A stretch of 64,000 bases of DNA, taken from Desulfobacterales bacterium. Its GTDB lineage: Bacteria > Desulfobacterota > Desulfobacteria > Desulfobacterales > UBA5852. Both the position numbers and the translations under genes were made by a program. Below, one piece after another: positions 52,157-60,680 of the stretch. The DNA lies in assembly GCA_963674755.2 (NCBI GenBank), contig CAXXVS010000003.1, positions 704,001 to 768,000 of the forward strand. The letters run 5' to 3'. Each line of letters starts with the position of its first letter. Within the stretch, counting starts at the first letter, position 1. Below the pieces are notes generated by a model that was given only the letters and a program-made list of their open reading frames with translations, was not told where the DNA came from and searched no databases.

Positions 52157-52681
52157 ATGCTGCTGCAAAGCTATCAGCTCGATGTCATCAACAACCACTG
52201 CATGCCCAGTGCCCAGAGCGTCAACTGCATCGCCCGGCTGGACCAGGACGTGGGCTGTGCCATCCCCTACTTGAACGCAGTCATCGAGGGCGACCAGTTC
52301 ACCCCCGACCCGCCCTCCATCACCTTCCGCAACGAGGGCCGGCTGATTTCGGTCACGGAGCGCACGATCACGGTCAACGCCGTGGCGGACGAGGCCCAGG
52401 GCCGGAAGATTGTCGAATGGATCATGCGGGAGATCAACGACGCCTGGGAAAACAGGGAGAAGATCGCGCCGCGCTACACCAAGGCCGAACGCCCCCAGGT
52501 GGTTGAGGTTTTAAAACGCCTGCCCAAAACCAATTGCAAAAAATGTGGCGCGCCTACCTGCATGGTGTTTGCTACCTGGGTGGTCCAGGGGGCTAAGGAT
52601 GAGACGCAGTGCTCTGAGTTGAATGAAGAGGGGAAAAGAGAGCTGCAAGTTTATCTCACACGATTTAGTGCAGACGACTAA
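52157..52681 (+). CDS. Fe-S cluster domain-containing protein
   Basis: IPYLNAVI and LPKTNCKKCGAPTCMVFA...C; paralogous to the N-terminal part of 47696-48574. Confidence 0.82.
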   Translation: MLLQSYQLDVINNHCMPSAQSVNCIARLDQDVGCAIPYLNAVIEGDQFTPDPPSITFRNEGRLISVTERTITVNAVADEAQGRKIVEWIMREINDAWENREKIAPRYTKAERPQVVEVLKRLPKTNCKKCGAPTCMVFATWVVQGAKDETQCSELNEEGKRELQVYLTRFSADD

Positions 52682-52794
52682 TATTTAAGGGCGCATAAAT
52701 GTAAAAAGAAAATTTGAAGTTAATAAAGTATTATGCTCGATGATAACACTTAGCGTCTTCATTATTTCCTGCAATACTCTGAAAGGTTGCTTTT

Positions 52795-55700
52795 ATGATT
52801 ATAAAAGGAATCCCAGATAGATGGGAGATAAGCCCAAAGAAAAAGCTTGATGTTCTGAGTAAAAATTGGCTGAATTCTGTGTCTTTCGATTTAAAAAACA
52901 TAAATTCTGATTCTGATAAAAGAATCACTATTGATCTCAGCAATATAGATTTTGTTTCAGCTTATGAATGGGTATCTTTGGTAGCTTTAGTCAACTATAC
53001 TATCGATAGAAAAGAAATTGACTATGTTGATATAGATCTGATTGGCGATAGTAAAGAAATGCTATTAAAACCAAAGGAATATATGCGATATATAGGCAAT
53101 AGAGATTTTTCTCGAACTACCTCCCCATCAGATTTTTATCATAGCCATAGGGCATATCAAATTGTTGGATTTTTAGAGGCATTTGGGACAAAAAGTGCCC
53201 TATTTAAAAGCCAAAAAAATGTTTCCATATTGTATCCTTGGCTGAATTTAAATGATGCTGATTTTCTGAACTTTTATGAATATAAAGAAACTAGACCAAC
53301 CGTTTTTTTAGGTTTAACTGAAATAAGAACAGAAGAAAATTGTCGATTATTCTTGGAAGATGAGATGGTAATGAATTGGCGAAATGCGATGAGAGAAAAA
53401 TTCGATAATTCGCCAATATTGGAGACAGAAGAAATCTGGCGCTCAATATGCCATGAACTATCAACTAACATATGGGAGCACTCTAATTCAAGTGGATATA
53501 TTTTTTACCGAGTTGTAAAACCAGTAGGGAAAAATAATAAAATACGTTGGTGGTGCAAGAATAATTATTCAGAAACACTTGGTAATTTATGGGGCAAATA
53601 CAAAGATGGATTTTTAGAAATTTGTGCAGTAGATTCAGGAGATGGTTTTGTTAATAGTTTAAAAGAATCATATTTAAACCAATCCAATCGCAAAAGTTGT
53701 GGACTTTCCGATGTAGTAGATATTTTATCTTTCGCATTTGATGAATTTGGGACATCTAAAACTAAGGATGAGAGTTGGGTTCTCAGTAGACATGCCTTAG
53801 GTAGGATTTTGTTAATAGTTTCTAAGTATGGTGGGGTGATTACGCTAAGATCTGATGGAGTTGAGATTAGATATATATCGTCGGAAAAAGGGTTTCTTCG
53901 AAATAAGAATGGTATGGGTTACAAACCTTCATCAGTAGACTATATCGATGAGAATATAGTTGGTTCTCATATACAAATATTGCTTCCGCTATATCCTACT
54001 GTTTCGTACAAGGATTTTGTCGAAAGGGAATCAGTTTTTAATTATTTACCAAAAAGTTATACGATAGACCCTAATCACGTTAGAGGGCATCTTGTTCCTG
54101 TCATGGAGTCATTGGGTTTTAAAAACGTTGTGCGCGGTACGAAAAACATTAGAAAATTTAGAAATGCATGCATAAGGTTGAACAATAGTCTTAGAGATCA
54201 ACACCCCCCATCCGAACCACTAATATTCGATTTTAGTGCAATTAATTGGGAGCCAGCACAGTTCGAGACATTTTTATATTTATTGCAAAATATCATACAA
54301 AAAAGACTTGTATTATTGGTAGAAATTGATTCCAGGCTCGCAAAAGAAGTAATTAAATTAGAGGCGGATTTATCGGATACATTTATTGATAAAAAGGTAC
54401 TCGGCCATTCATCTGAAAAAAAGTTTTTTGAAACTTATACAGCTATAAACAATATAGTATTAGGAATTGATAAAAATGGCGAAAAGTATCTGTTTGGACT
54501 ATCAGATCATAAATATGAAAAGGCGCTTCTTGGGTTGATTGAAACACCAGATACCATAAGTGGGTTATGCAGCTTTATTAATGGCAGTAAGGAAAACGAA
54601 GCATTTTGTAAAACAATATTAACAAGAGAATCGAGCTTATTTTATCTAGACAAATTGAACCGGTGGAACTGTTCTTGGAATAGTGAGGAGATTCTATTAC
54701 AAGCAAATAGAATCATATCAGATCATTTTGATCAAATTGCAAATGCAACAGGGGCATGGCAAGGAAGATCTCTAAGTTATAGCGATCATATTGATGAGCT
54801 TGATGATTCTAAAATTATTAAGAAACACTTTCATGCCAAACTGAAATATAATTTGCCATGGCAAGAAGAATGGAGAGATGCTTTTCTTGAATCATCTAAA
54901 ATTTTATCTAGAGAACGATATTGTGATGAAGCTGCACATAGGCTAATTTATAGATTAAAATATGGCCTTGAAAAATTACATAGAAAACTTGATGACGTTA
55001 ACGTTTTTGTTTGCGTTACTGGCCCCGCTTTGCTTCTAGCATCTGCTATGTATCGATGGTGGCCGGATGTCAAAAGACCAATCGTTGCAGACTTAAGTTA
55101 TAATGTTCTTTTAGAATCATCAGAAAGCCTCCCTTCAATTGTAGATGAAGGTGGAATAGTCATAGTGCAGGACATTTTCGAGCGTCGTAAAGTATCAGGA
55201 GAACTTTTACGTAAACTACAAAACCAATCAAAGGATATTCTCTGTGCAATTAGTTTAATAAAATTACGTAAAAATGTTATTAAGACAAAAATTATTCCAG
55301 TATCTGAAGGATGGGCAGATAGACGAAGCCCAAGATCAGATAGACTTCCATATCATTCCTTAATTGAGGCCCCTTCACCTTCTGTCTGCGAACCACCAAA
55401 TGAAAACGACGATGATTCTAATTTGTTTTGGATAGAACCACGTTCATTACACCCAACGAGTTATAGGCACCTAAGAAGAGAGTTTGGTGAAGGTCGCGAT
55501 CCATATTTACGCAGAAGAGATGAAATTCTCCCTGAGTTTGATAGTAAAACAAATGGTTGCTTATTTGCTGCCGGACATTATGTTTATGGTCATCGCCATT
55601 ACCAAGTTGCCATCGATGTTAAAAAATTAATCTCTGGGAAAATTGGAAAACTCATTTCAAATTGGATTGCAGATGTATGCGAAGGCAATCCTATGAGAAA

Positions 55701-58014
55701 TCAAGCTGCTTGGGAAAGAGACCGCGGTTATCGCTTAAAAGGTGATGTAACATTTATAATTATGCCCTTGCATAGTCAAATACATTATTTATGGCCTGAA
55801 ATTCGTAACGTATTAGCACAGAGAGGCCGTAGAGTAATAATGTGTTTACTAGATGCAACATTATTTTCCGGGAGACGCCCAACTTATCGAATTTCACATC
55901 ATTTAGAACAACAACTTAAACGAGCATCTTTAGATGCTATTGAAGCATGTAAAGCAAAATTAGATGATCACCCATCTCCTTTGCGACTATTCATAATTGA
56001 CGATGCAATTGCATCAGCAAGAAGTGCTGAAACAATTCTATTAAGCATATCAAATAGATTAAATAAAATATTTAGAAAAGCCAATTTCAATTTAGACAAA
56101 TTGCCTAATAAATATCATCCAATACAATGGATAAGATATTTTGCAATATTAAATCAAATGGGACATGCTAATCATACATTATGGCATAATATGAAACATA
56201 TCGGTACTCCTCCAATAAATTTTATTTTAGAAGAATATGCTCCTTTTATGGGGGTTCCGTTATACGAAAAAAAGGATTGCCCATATTGTAATGATAGAGC
56301 GAGATTGAAACAACTAATAGCGAATTGCTCTCAATTTGGTGCTAATATGACTGTAGAGTGGGTAAATGAGAGTTATAGGGAACTAAAGCCTATCGCTATC
56401 GATGGCCCCACTTTTGGTAGAAAAGAACCTACACCAATTGACTCTGGAATAGATATTTTAGGGCTAAGATCTAAAAGAATGGGAGCCCATCCTATAAAGT
56501 ATATAACCAAATTTGCAGATACAGCAATTTGGCGTTTTCACAAACTTATGCATTTGTCATATCCAATAGAAGATATATTGAGAAATATAAATAAGTGGTG
56601 GGAGTTTAATATAGCAAAAAAGGAAAATTATGACGAAAGCCAAAAGATAGAGTATCAACGATATAGATGGGCAGTTATTGATTGGTGCATTAAAAACTGG
56701 AGCAGGGTGAAAGCAAGTACAGCAAGGAAATCATTTGTTGATTTAATAGATCGAGAATTGAAGAACAACACCCCACTAATTGAAAAATTTTTGAATGGTT
56801 GTCATTTTATCTATACGGACAAGTATATTTTTGATTTACTAAAAAAAATGATTTTTGAGTTAGAACGTTTAGAATTTCAGCGTAAAGAGGAAAACAAAGT
56901 TATAGATAAAGAAAGAATTGAAAGGATAGATCGAATTGAGACAGGGTTAACTATATTCTTTTTAAATATAGTTGGTATTAATGATGAAGGGCAATCTACC
57001 AATAACTTGGAAGGAATAAACGATTCTTCTAAAGAGCTTTTAAATGAGCTAGAGAATTCAACGAAGAGACTTAGCAAAATAGGAACTAATTTAATAAATA
57101 ATTTGTATACTAGATTAATAAGGCCTAAAAGTATAGCAAGTCCAAAATGGGCTTTAAATGCTGTTGCAGAAAATTTATTTAGAGGGAGAGATCCCAAAAA
57201 TGCTCCTGCTGGAAGACATCATTTATTACCAAGAGTATTGTATGATAATTTCAGTAAAAAAAGAAATATTGAAGATTTGTTATTGCTAGAAGGAAGTCTA
57301 AGCGTTTTTCTGGCTGCTCTTAAAGATATTCTTCCTTATGCATATCTTTCATCTCCTTTCGGTGATATGAGTAGTATTACTCCTGATGCAGAGAACGTTA
57401 AAGATTTGTCAGAAAAAATATTGAACTGGATAAAAATAAATACAAGAGAAAAACTTTTAAAGGACAGACCTCCAGAGCTAACAGTTTTATATGATTCTTT
57501 AAGTTTAGACGGAAAATTTGTGCAAGCATTTAATGCAATATTTCAAGTAGATATAAATTATATAAAGAATTATATTGAAAATACAAAAGCAGAAAGACCA
57601 TTTAGTGCTGAATTGGATTTCAAATTTATATCAAGTCCAGGTACTGGAAATAGTACTGTACTATGTTATATTAATAGCCTTTTGAACATTCTCATGAATC
57701 ACGCTGTTGATCCAATGGATAAAATGTCCAAAAATCATAAATCAAAAATCGAAGTATCTAAACCTAATCGAAATGAGTTTCATACTGATCGGATGGTTTT
57801 TCGAATTGCTACCAATTTTGACTCTCTCGACATAACTAATCAAAAAATATTCGATAGCAAACGTGGTTTGCGTGAGTTAAAAAACATTGAGATATTCGGC
57901 GCTAAATTTCACAGCAGGGAATGGTTTAAACCTAATCAAGAAGAAATCGAAGATGGCTATACGGCTGCTTGGGAAATCATGATACCAACAGGATACTTAT
58001 CAAAAAAGGATTGA
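52795..58014 (+). CDS. 1739-aa multidomain protein: STAS-like + HATPase + STAS-like + two PRTase-like domains + degenerate C-terminal kinase-like domain
   Basis: ITIDLSNIDFVS (aa~44); HELSTNIWEHS (220), DSGDG (280), RHALG..GG.ITLRS (332); LIFDFSAI (476); IVIVQDIF (~790); GHYVYGHRHY (927), FIIDDAIASARS (~1067), CPYC (1162). CDS certain, domain calls by eye. Confidence 0.75.
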   Translation: MIIKGIPDRWEISPKKKLDVLSKNWLNSVSFDLKNINSDSDKRITIDLSNIDFVSAYEWVSLVALVNYTIDRKEIDYVDIDLIGDSKEMLLKPKEYMRYIGNRDFSRTTSPSDFYHSHRAYQIVGFLEAFGTKSALFKSQKNVSILYPWLNLNDADFLNFYEYKETRPTVFLGLTEIRTEENCRLFLEDEMVMNWRNAMREKFDNSPILETEEIWRSICHELSTNIWEHSNSSGYIFYRVVKPVGKNNKIRWWCKNNYSETLGNLWGKYKDGFLEICAVDSGDGFVNSLKESYLNQSNRKSCGLSDVVDILSFAFDEFGTSKTKDESWVLSRHALGRILLIVSKYGGVITLRSDGVEIRYISSEKGFLRNKNGMGYKPSSVDYIDENIVGSHIQILLPLYPTVSYKDFVERESVFNYLPKSYTIDPNHVRGHLVPVMESLGFKNVVRGTKNIRKFRNACIRLNNSLRDQHPPSEPLIFDFSAINWEPAQFETFLYLLQNIIQKRLVLLVEIDSRLAKEVIKLEADLSDTFIDKKVLGHSSEKKFFETYTAINNIVLGIDKNGEKYLFGLSDHKYEKALLGLIETPDTISGLCSFINGSKENEAFCKTILTRESSLFYLDKLNRWNCSWNSEEILLQANRIISDHFDQIANATGAWQGRSLSYSDHIDELDDSKIIKKHFHAKLKYNLPWQEEWRDAFLESSKILSRERYCDEAAHRLIYRLKYGLEKLHRKLDDVNVFVCVTGPALLLASAMYRWWPDVKRPIVADLSYNVLLESSESLPSIVDEGGIVIVQDIFERRKVSGELLRKLQNQSKDILCAISLIKLRKNVIKTKIIPVSEGWADRRSPRSDRLPYHSLIEAPSPSVCEPPNENDDDSNLFWIEPRSLHPTSYRHLRREFGEGRDPYLRRRDEILPEFDSKTNGCLFAAGHYVYGHRHYQVAIDVKKLISGKIGKLISNWIADVCEGNPMRNQAAWERDRGYRLKGDVTFIIMPLHSQIHYLWPEIRNVLAQRGRRVIMCLLDATLFSGRRPTYRISHHLEQQLKRASLDAIEACKAKLDDHPSPLRLFIIDDAIASARSAETILLSISNRLNKIFRKANFNLDKLPNKYHPIQWIRYFAILNQMGHANHTLWHNMKHIGTPPINFILEEYAPFMGVPLYEKKDCPYCNDRARLKQLIANCSQFGANMTVEWVNESYRELKPIAIDGPTFGRKEPTPIDSGIDILGLRSKRMGAHPIKYITKFADTAIWRFHKLMHLSYPIEDILRNINKWWEFNIAKKENYDESQKIEYQRYRWAVIDWCIKNWSRVKASTARKSFVDLIDRELKNNTPLIEKFLNGCHFIYTDKYIFDLLKKMIFELERLEFQRKEENKVIDKERIERIDRIETGLTIFFLNIVGINDEGQSTNNLEGINDSSKELLNELENSTKRLSKIGTNLINNLYTRLIRPKSIASPKWALNAVAENLFRGRDPKNAPAGRHHLLPRVLYDNFSKKRNIEDLLLLEGSLSVFLAALKDILPYAYLSSPFGDMSSITPDAENVKDLSEKILNWIKINTREKLLKDRPPELTVLYDSLSLDGKFVQAFNAIFQVDINYIKNYIENTKAERPFSAELDFKFISSPGTGNSTVLCYINSLLNILMNHAVDPMDKMSKNHKSKIEVSKPNRNEFHTDRMVFRIATNFDSLDITNQKIFDSKRGLRELKNIEIFGAKFHSREWFKPNQEEIEDGYTAAWEIMIPTGYLSKKD

Positions 58015-58016
58015 AA

Positions 58017-59615
58017 ATGCCGATTAATATTCTTTATGTGGAAAATAGCCATAGAGATTATCTTGAACTTAAGAACGCTGCTGACGAATACAATAGCCAT
58101 AATTCTATAGATCCACTTGGAATATATAGAGCGCTTGACCCAGATGAAATGAAGGGATTAATTGGCCCTCAATTTAGTGTGATACTGGCAGACGTCTTCT
58201 TCAACGATCCTCAAACTGGTGAAGAGGATCAAATAAATAGATTAAAGGATATTATTGAGTATGTGAATGATTGGTGTAAATCACAAAGTAAGGATACATC
58301 AATTCCGATCATCGCTTATACTGGTAGAGCAACTTTAGAACAGTGTTTGGAGCAACAAGATTACTTATATGACATATGGGACAAAAATACTACAAATACT
58401 AACTATGTAATATGGAGGTTATCAAATCTTTCAATTGATATGTCAAGATATCAACCAGATGCATACATGCAAACTCTTATACGAGAAATGACTAAAGGAG
58501 CATCTTGGCATGATAAAGTAAAGGAAATGACTATTGACTACGATTCAGCCTTAAATGAATATGATCAAATCTACAGAGTTGACAAAACTATAGGTATAAT
58601 TGCGAATAATTTTGATACTGAAAACACTTGTGTTGAAATGTGGGGTTTAATTGAAAAGTCAGAACCGATAACGAGAGCACTAAATAAAAACATTAGAGGT
58701 CATGCAAGGCATGCCATTAATGTATTTTGGTTAGGCTACTATATTTTGAATTCTAGTGAGATCTCAGATCTCGTAATACAATATTGGAAAAACATGTTGA
58801 TAGATAGGCCAGATATGAAAGCGGTCAAAGATGTTGACTGTTTAGAAGCTTTAAATAACATTTGGTTCTATACAGGGTTGTTTCATGATATAGGAATAAA
58901 TGTAGAAAAATATAATCTTCAGTATGAGCAACAAAAATTATTTAAAAAGCATTTCAATGACTACGCCCTCCCATTGCCAAATCTAAAGGGGTTTCCGTTA
59001 TTAGAATTGCCATCTGAAATTAATGATTTAATTAATGAAATTAGCGGTAAGGAATTCGGAGAAGAATTAAGGGATAAATTTCTTGAAGGTATAAAAGGGA
59101 AAATACCCGATCATGGTCTTGTTGCTGCTACTTACTACCTAAAAAATATTCAATCAAATATGGAGCAGAAAAAATTTGCTAAAGAGGCAGCTAGGGCTAC
59201 TTTACTTCACAACATAATTTCGGAGGATTTTAGTCGGAATAAAACATTACTGAATTGGGAAAATGATTTTATTTCCTGTTTGCTATTGGTTTGTGATCAA
59301 TTGCAAACGTGGGATAGACAGCGCGAAGATAAATTGCTTATTGACGAAGAAAAGCCAGAAAGGGCAGAATTGAAAAGCCTTTCTTTTGAAAAACTAAAAG
59401 ATAAATATAAATTATCAATATTCATAGACTATATTGCTCCAGTCCATGTTGTTAGACACCCATACCACTATCAAAAACTTCGACATAGTTTAACCAATAT
59501 TATTTTGAAAAAACCTAACAAAGCTCTAAAAAAAATCGCCAAGCCCTGGCCTTTTGAATTATATGTAAATTTGACTTTGGGGAGGAAAGAGTTTTATAAA
59601 TTTACTTATAAATAG
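58017..59615 (+). CDS. response-regulator receiver domain fused to HD-superfamily phosphohydrolase
   Basis: ILYVEN, ILAD59V, AYT102G, WDK123; then H229ARH, FH290D291IG, DH366G, LH398N, CD427QLQTWDR; ATG 2 nt after upstream TGA, AAGGA RBS. Confidence 0.8.
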   Translation: MPINILYVENSHRDYLELKNAADEYNSHNSIDPLGIYRALDPDEMKGLIGPQFSVILADVFFNDPQTGEEDQINRLKDIIEYVNDWCKSQSKDTSIPIIAYTGRATLEQCLEQQDYLYDIWDKNTTNTNYVIWRLSNLSIDMSRYQPDAYMQTLIREMTKGASWHDKVKEMTIDYDSALNEYDQIYRVDKTIGIIANNFDTENTCVEMWGLIEKSEPITRALNKNIRGHARHAINVFWLGYYILNSSEISDLVIQYWKNMLIDRPDMKAVKDVDCLEALNNIWFYTGLFHDIGINVEKYNLQYEQQKLFKKHFNDYALPLPNLKGFPLLELPSEINDLINEISGKEFGEELRDKFLEGIKGKIPDHGLVAATYYLKNIQSNMEQKKFAKEAARATLLHNIISEDFSRNKTLLNWENDFISCLLLVCDQLQTWDRQREDKLLIDEEKPERAELKSLSFEKLKDKYKLSIFIDYIAPVHVVRHPYHYQKLRHSLTNIILKKPNKALKKIAKPWPFELYVNLTLGRKEFYKFTYK

Positions 59616-59699
59616 ACCAAGCAAGAAATAGGCCATGATGGGGACGCCCTTTATATATTTATATTTACATACCCGACCGTTTTCTGATATACATCTGAA

Positions 59700-60023
59700 A
59701 TGCCCCGACAAGCGCGAATCGATGCCCTCGGTGCGGTCCACCACATCATTGTCAGAGGAATCGAACGGCGTAAGATCTTCCTTGACGACCAGGATCGCGA
59801 CAACTTCGTAAACCGGCTGGGCGACCTGGTTATAGAAACCCAGACCCCATGTTTCGCCTGGGCGCTGCTTCCCAATCATTTCCATCTTCTGCTGCAAACC
59901 GGCTCCGTTCCCATCGCCACGTTGATGCGCCGGCTGCTGACCGGTTATGCTATCGGCTTTAACCGACGTCACCGCCGCAGCGGCCATCTGTTTCAAAACC
60001 GCTATAAATCTATCTTGTGGTAA
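59700..60023 (+). pseudogene. truncated Y1/RAYT-like transposase
   Basis: 59634-60019 duplicates 60674-61059 (6 differences counted by eye); cut at codon 107 by an IS66 end, before the catalytic Tyr. Confidence 0.9.
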
Positions 60024-60186
60024 GCGTTCAGCGAACCCCACTATCTATGCTGGGCGTGCGGGGGTGATCATTTGCTGATTCAGATTTTGCGGCAGGAGTT
60101 TCCTGTAATCGTCTTTGGTTTCCGCCAGCGGGAGTTTGTCGAACAGATACCGGAGGTAATCATAGGGCCTGAGCCCATTGGCTTTG
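60020..60186 (-). mobile_element. IS66-family remnant (right end + TnpC C-terminus)
   Basis: Terminus GTAAGCGTTCAGCGAACCCC; minus-strand KANGLRPYDYLRYLFDKLP...RKLLP typical of the IS66 transposase C-terminal element. Confidence 0.8.
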
Positions 60187-60294
60187 AGGCCATGATGGGG
60201 ACGCCCTAAACTTTTAAACTTCACGACCCAATCGGATAGTTTACCCAAACCTAAACTATAGATAATGATTCATGTTGGCGGAAGAGGAGAGAAA

Positions 60295-60588
60295 TTGCCA
60301 AAGCTTAAATGTCCTAATTGCAAACAAACGATTTCATTCTTTCATTTTTTTAAGGCATTCAGCCCTTGGAATTTTAAATGCTCAAGTTGCAATAAAAAAA
60401 TCAGGCCGAATAAAGCATCAATGACAATATTCCTTGCGTTTATGATATTGGCCGCGTTTTTCGGTTGGTTCAGACGATCGTTAAATCTCTCATGGCCTAG
60501 TTTTCTTGTCCTCGGGATAATTTTAGCAGGCATCGCCGAATATGCAATGTATTGGTTATATGTACAATTCGGTGCGACAACAGACTAA
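60295..60588 (+). CDS. small AT-rich Zn-ribbon membrane protein (CxxC-19-CxxC + 2 TM)
   Basis: CPNC-x19-CSSC then two hydrophobic helices; GAGGAG RBS before TTG 60295. Confidence 0.7.
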   Translation: MPKLKCPNCKQTISFFHFFKAFSPWNFKCSSCNKKIRPNKASMTIFLAFMILAAFFGWFRRSLNLSWPSFLVLGIILAGIAEYAMYWLYVQFGATTD

Positions 60589-60680
60589 ATCAGCCTGCCA
60601 ACCCACTTTCGACAAGGGACCAGGACGGGAGAAACGTGGGAACGACCCAAACTTATAAACTTCAGCATGGGAACATGATG

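Larger units (their letters stand above)
52680..59630. mobile_element. AT-rich horizontally acquired island
   Basis: Abrupt compositional shift (about 30-35% GC by eye versus about 60% flanks); right edge at the transposase-associated motif at 59630; no integrase seen. Confidence 0.85.

Noticed and set aside
52680..59630. Prophage, integrative element or restriction-modification locus
   Set aside because: No integrase, phage, methyltransferase, nuclease or P-loop motifs seen; no tRNA or att repeat.
60045..60248. 67-aa minus-strand ORF as a real gene
   Set aside because: Chimera of motif-adjacent DNA and the IS66 transposase C-terminal fragment.
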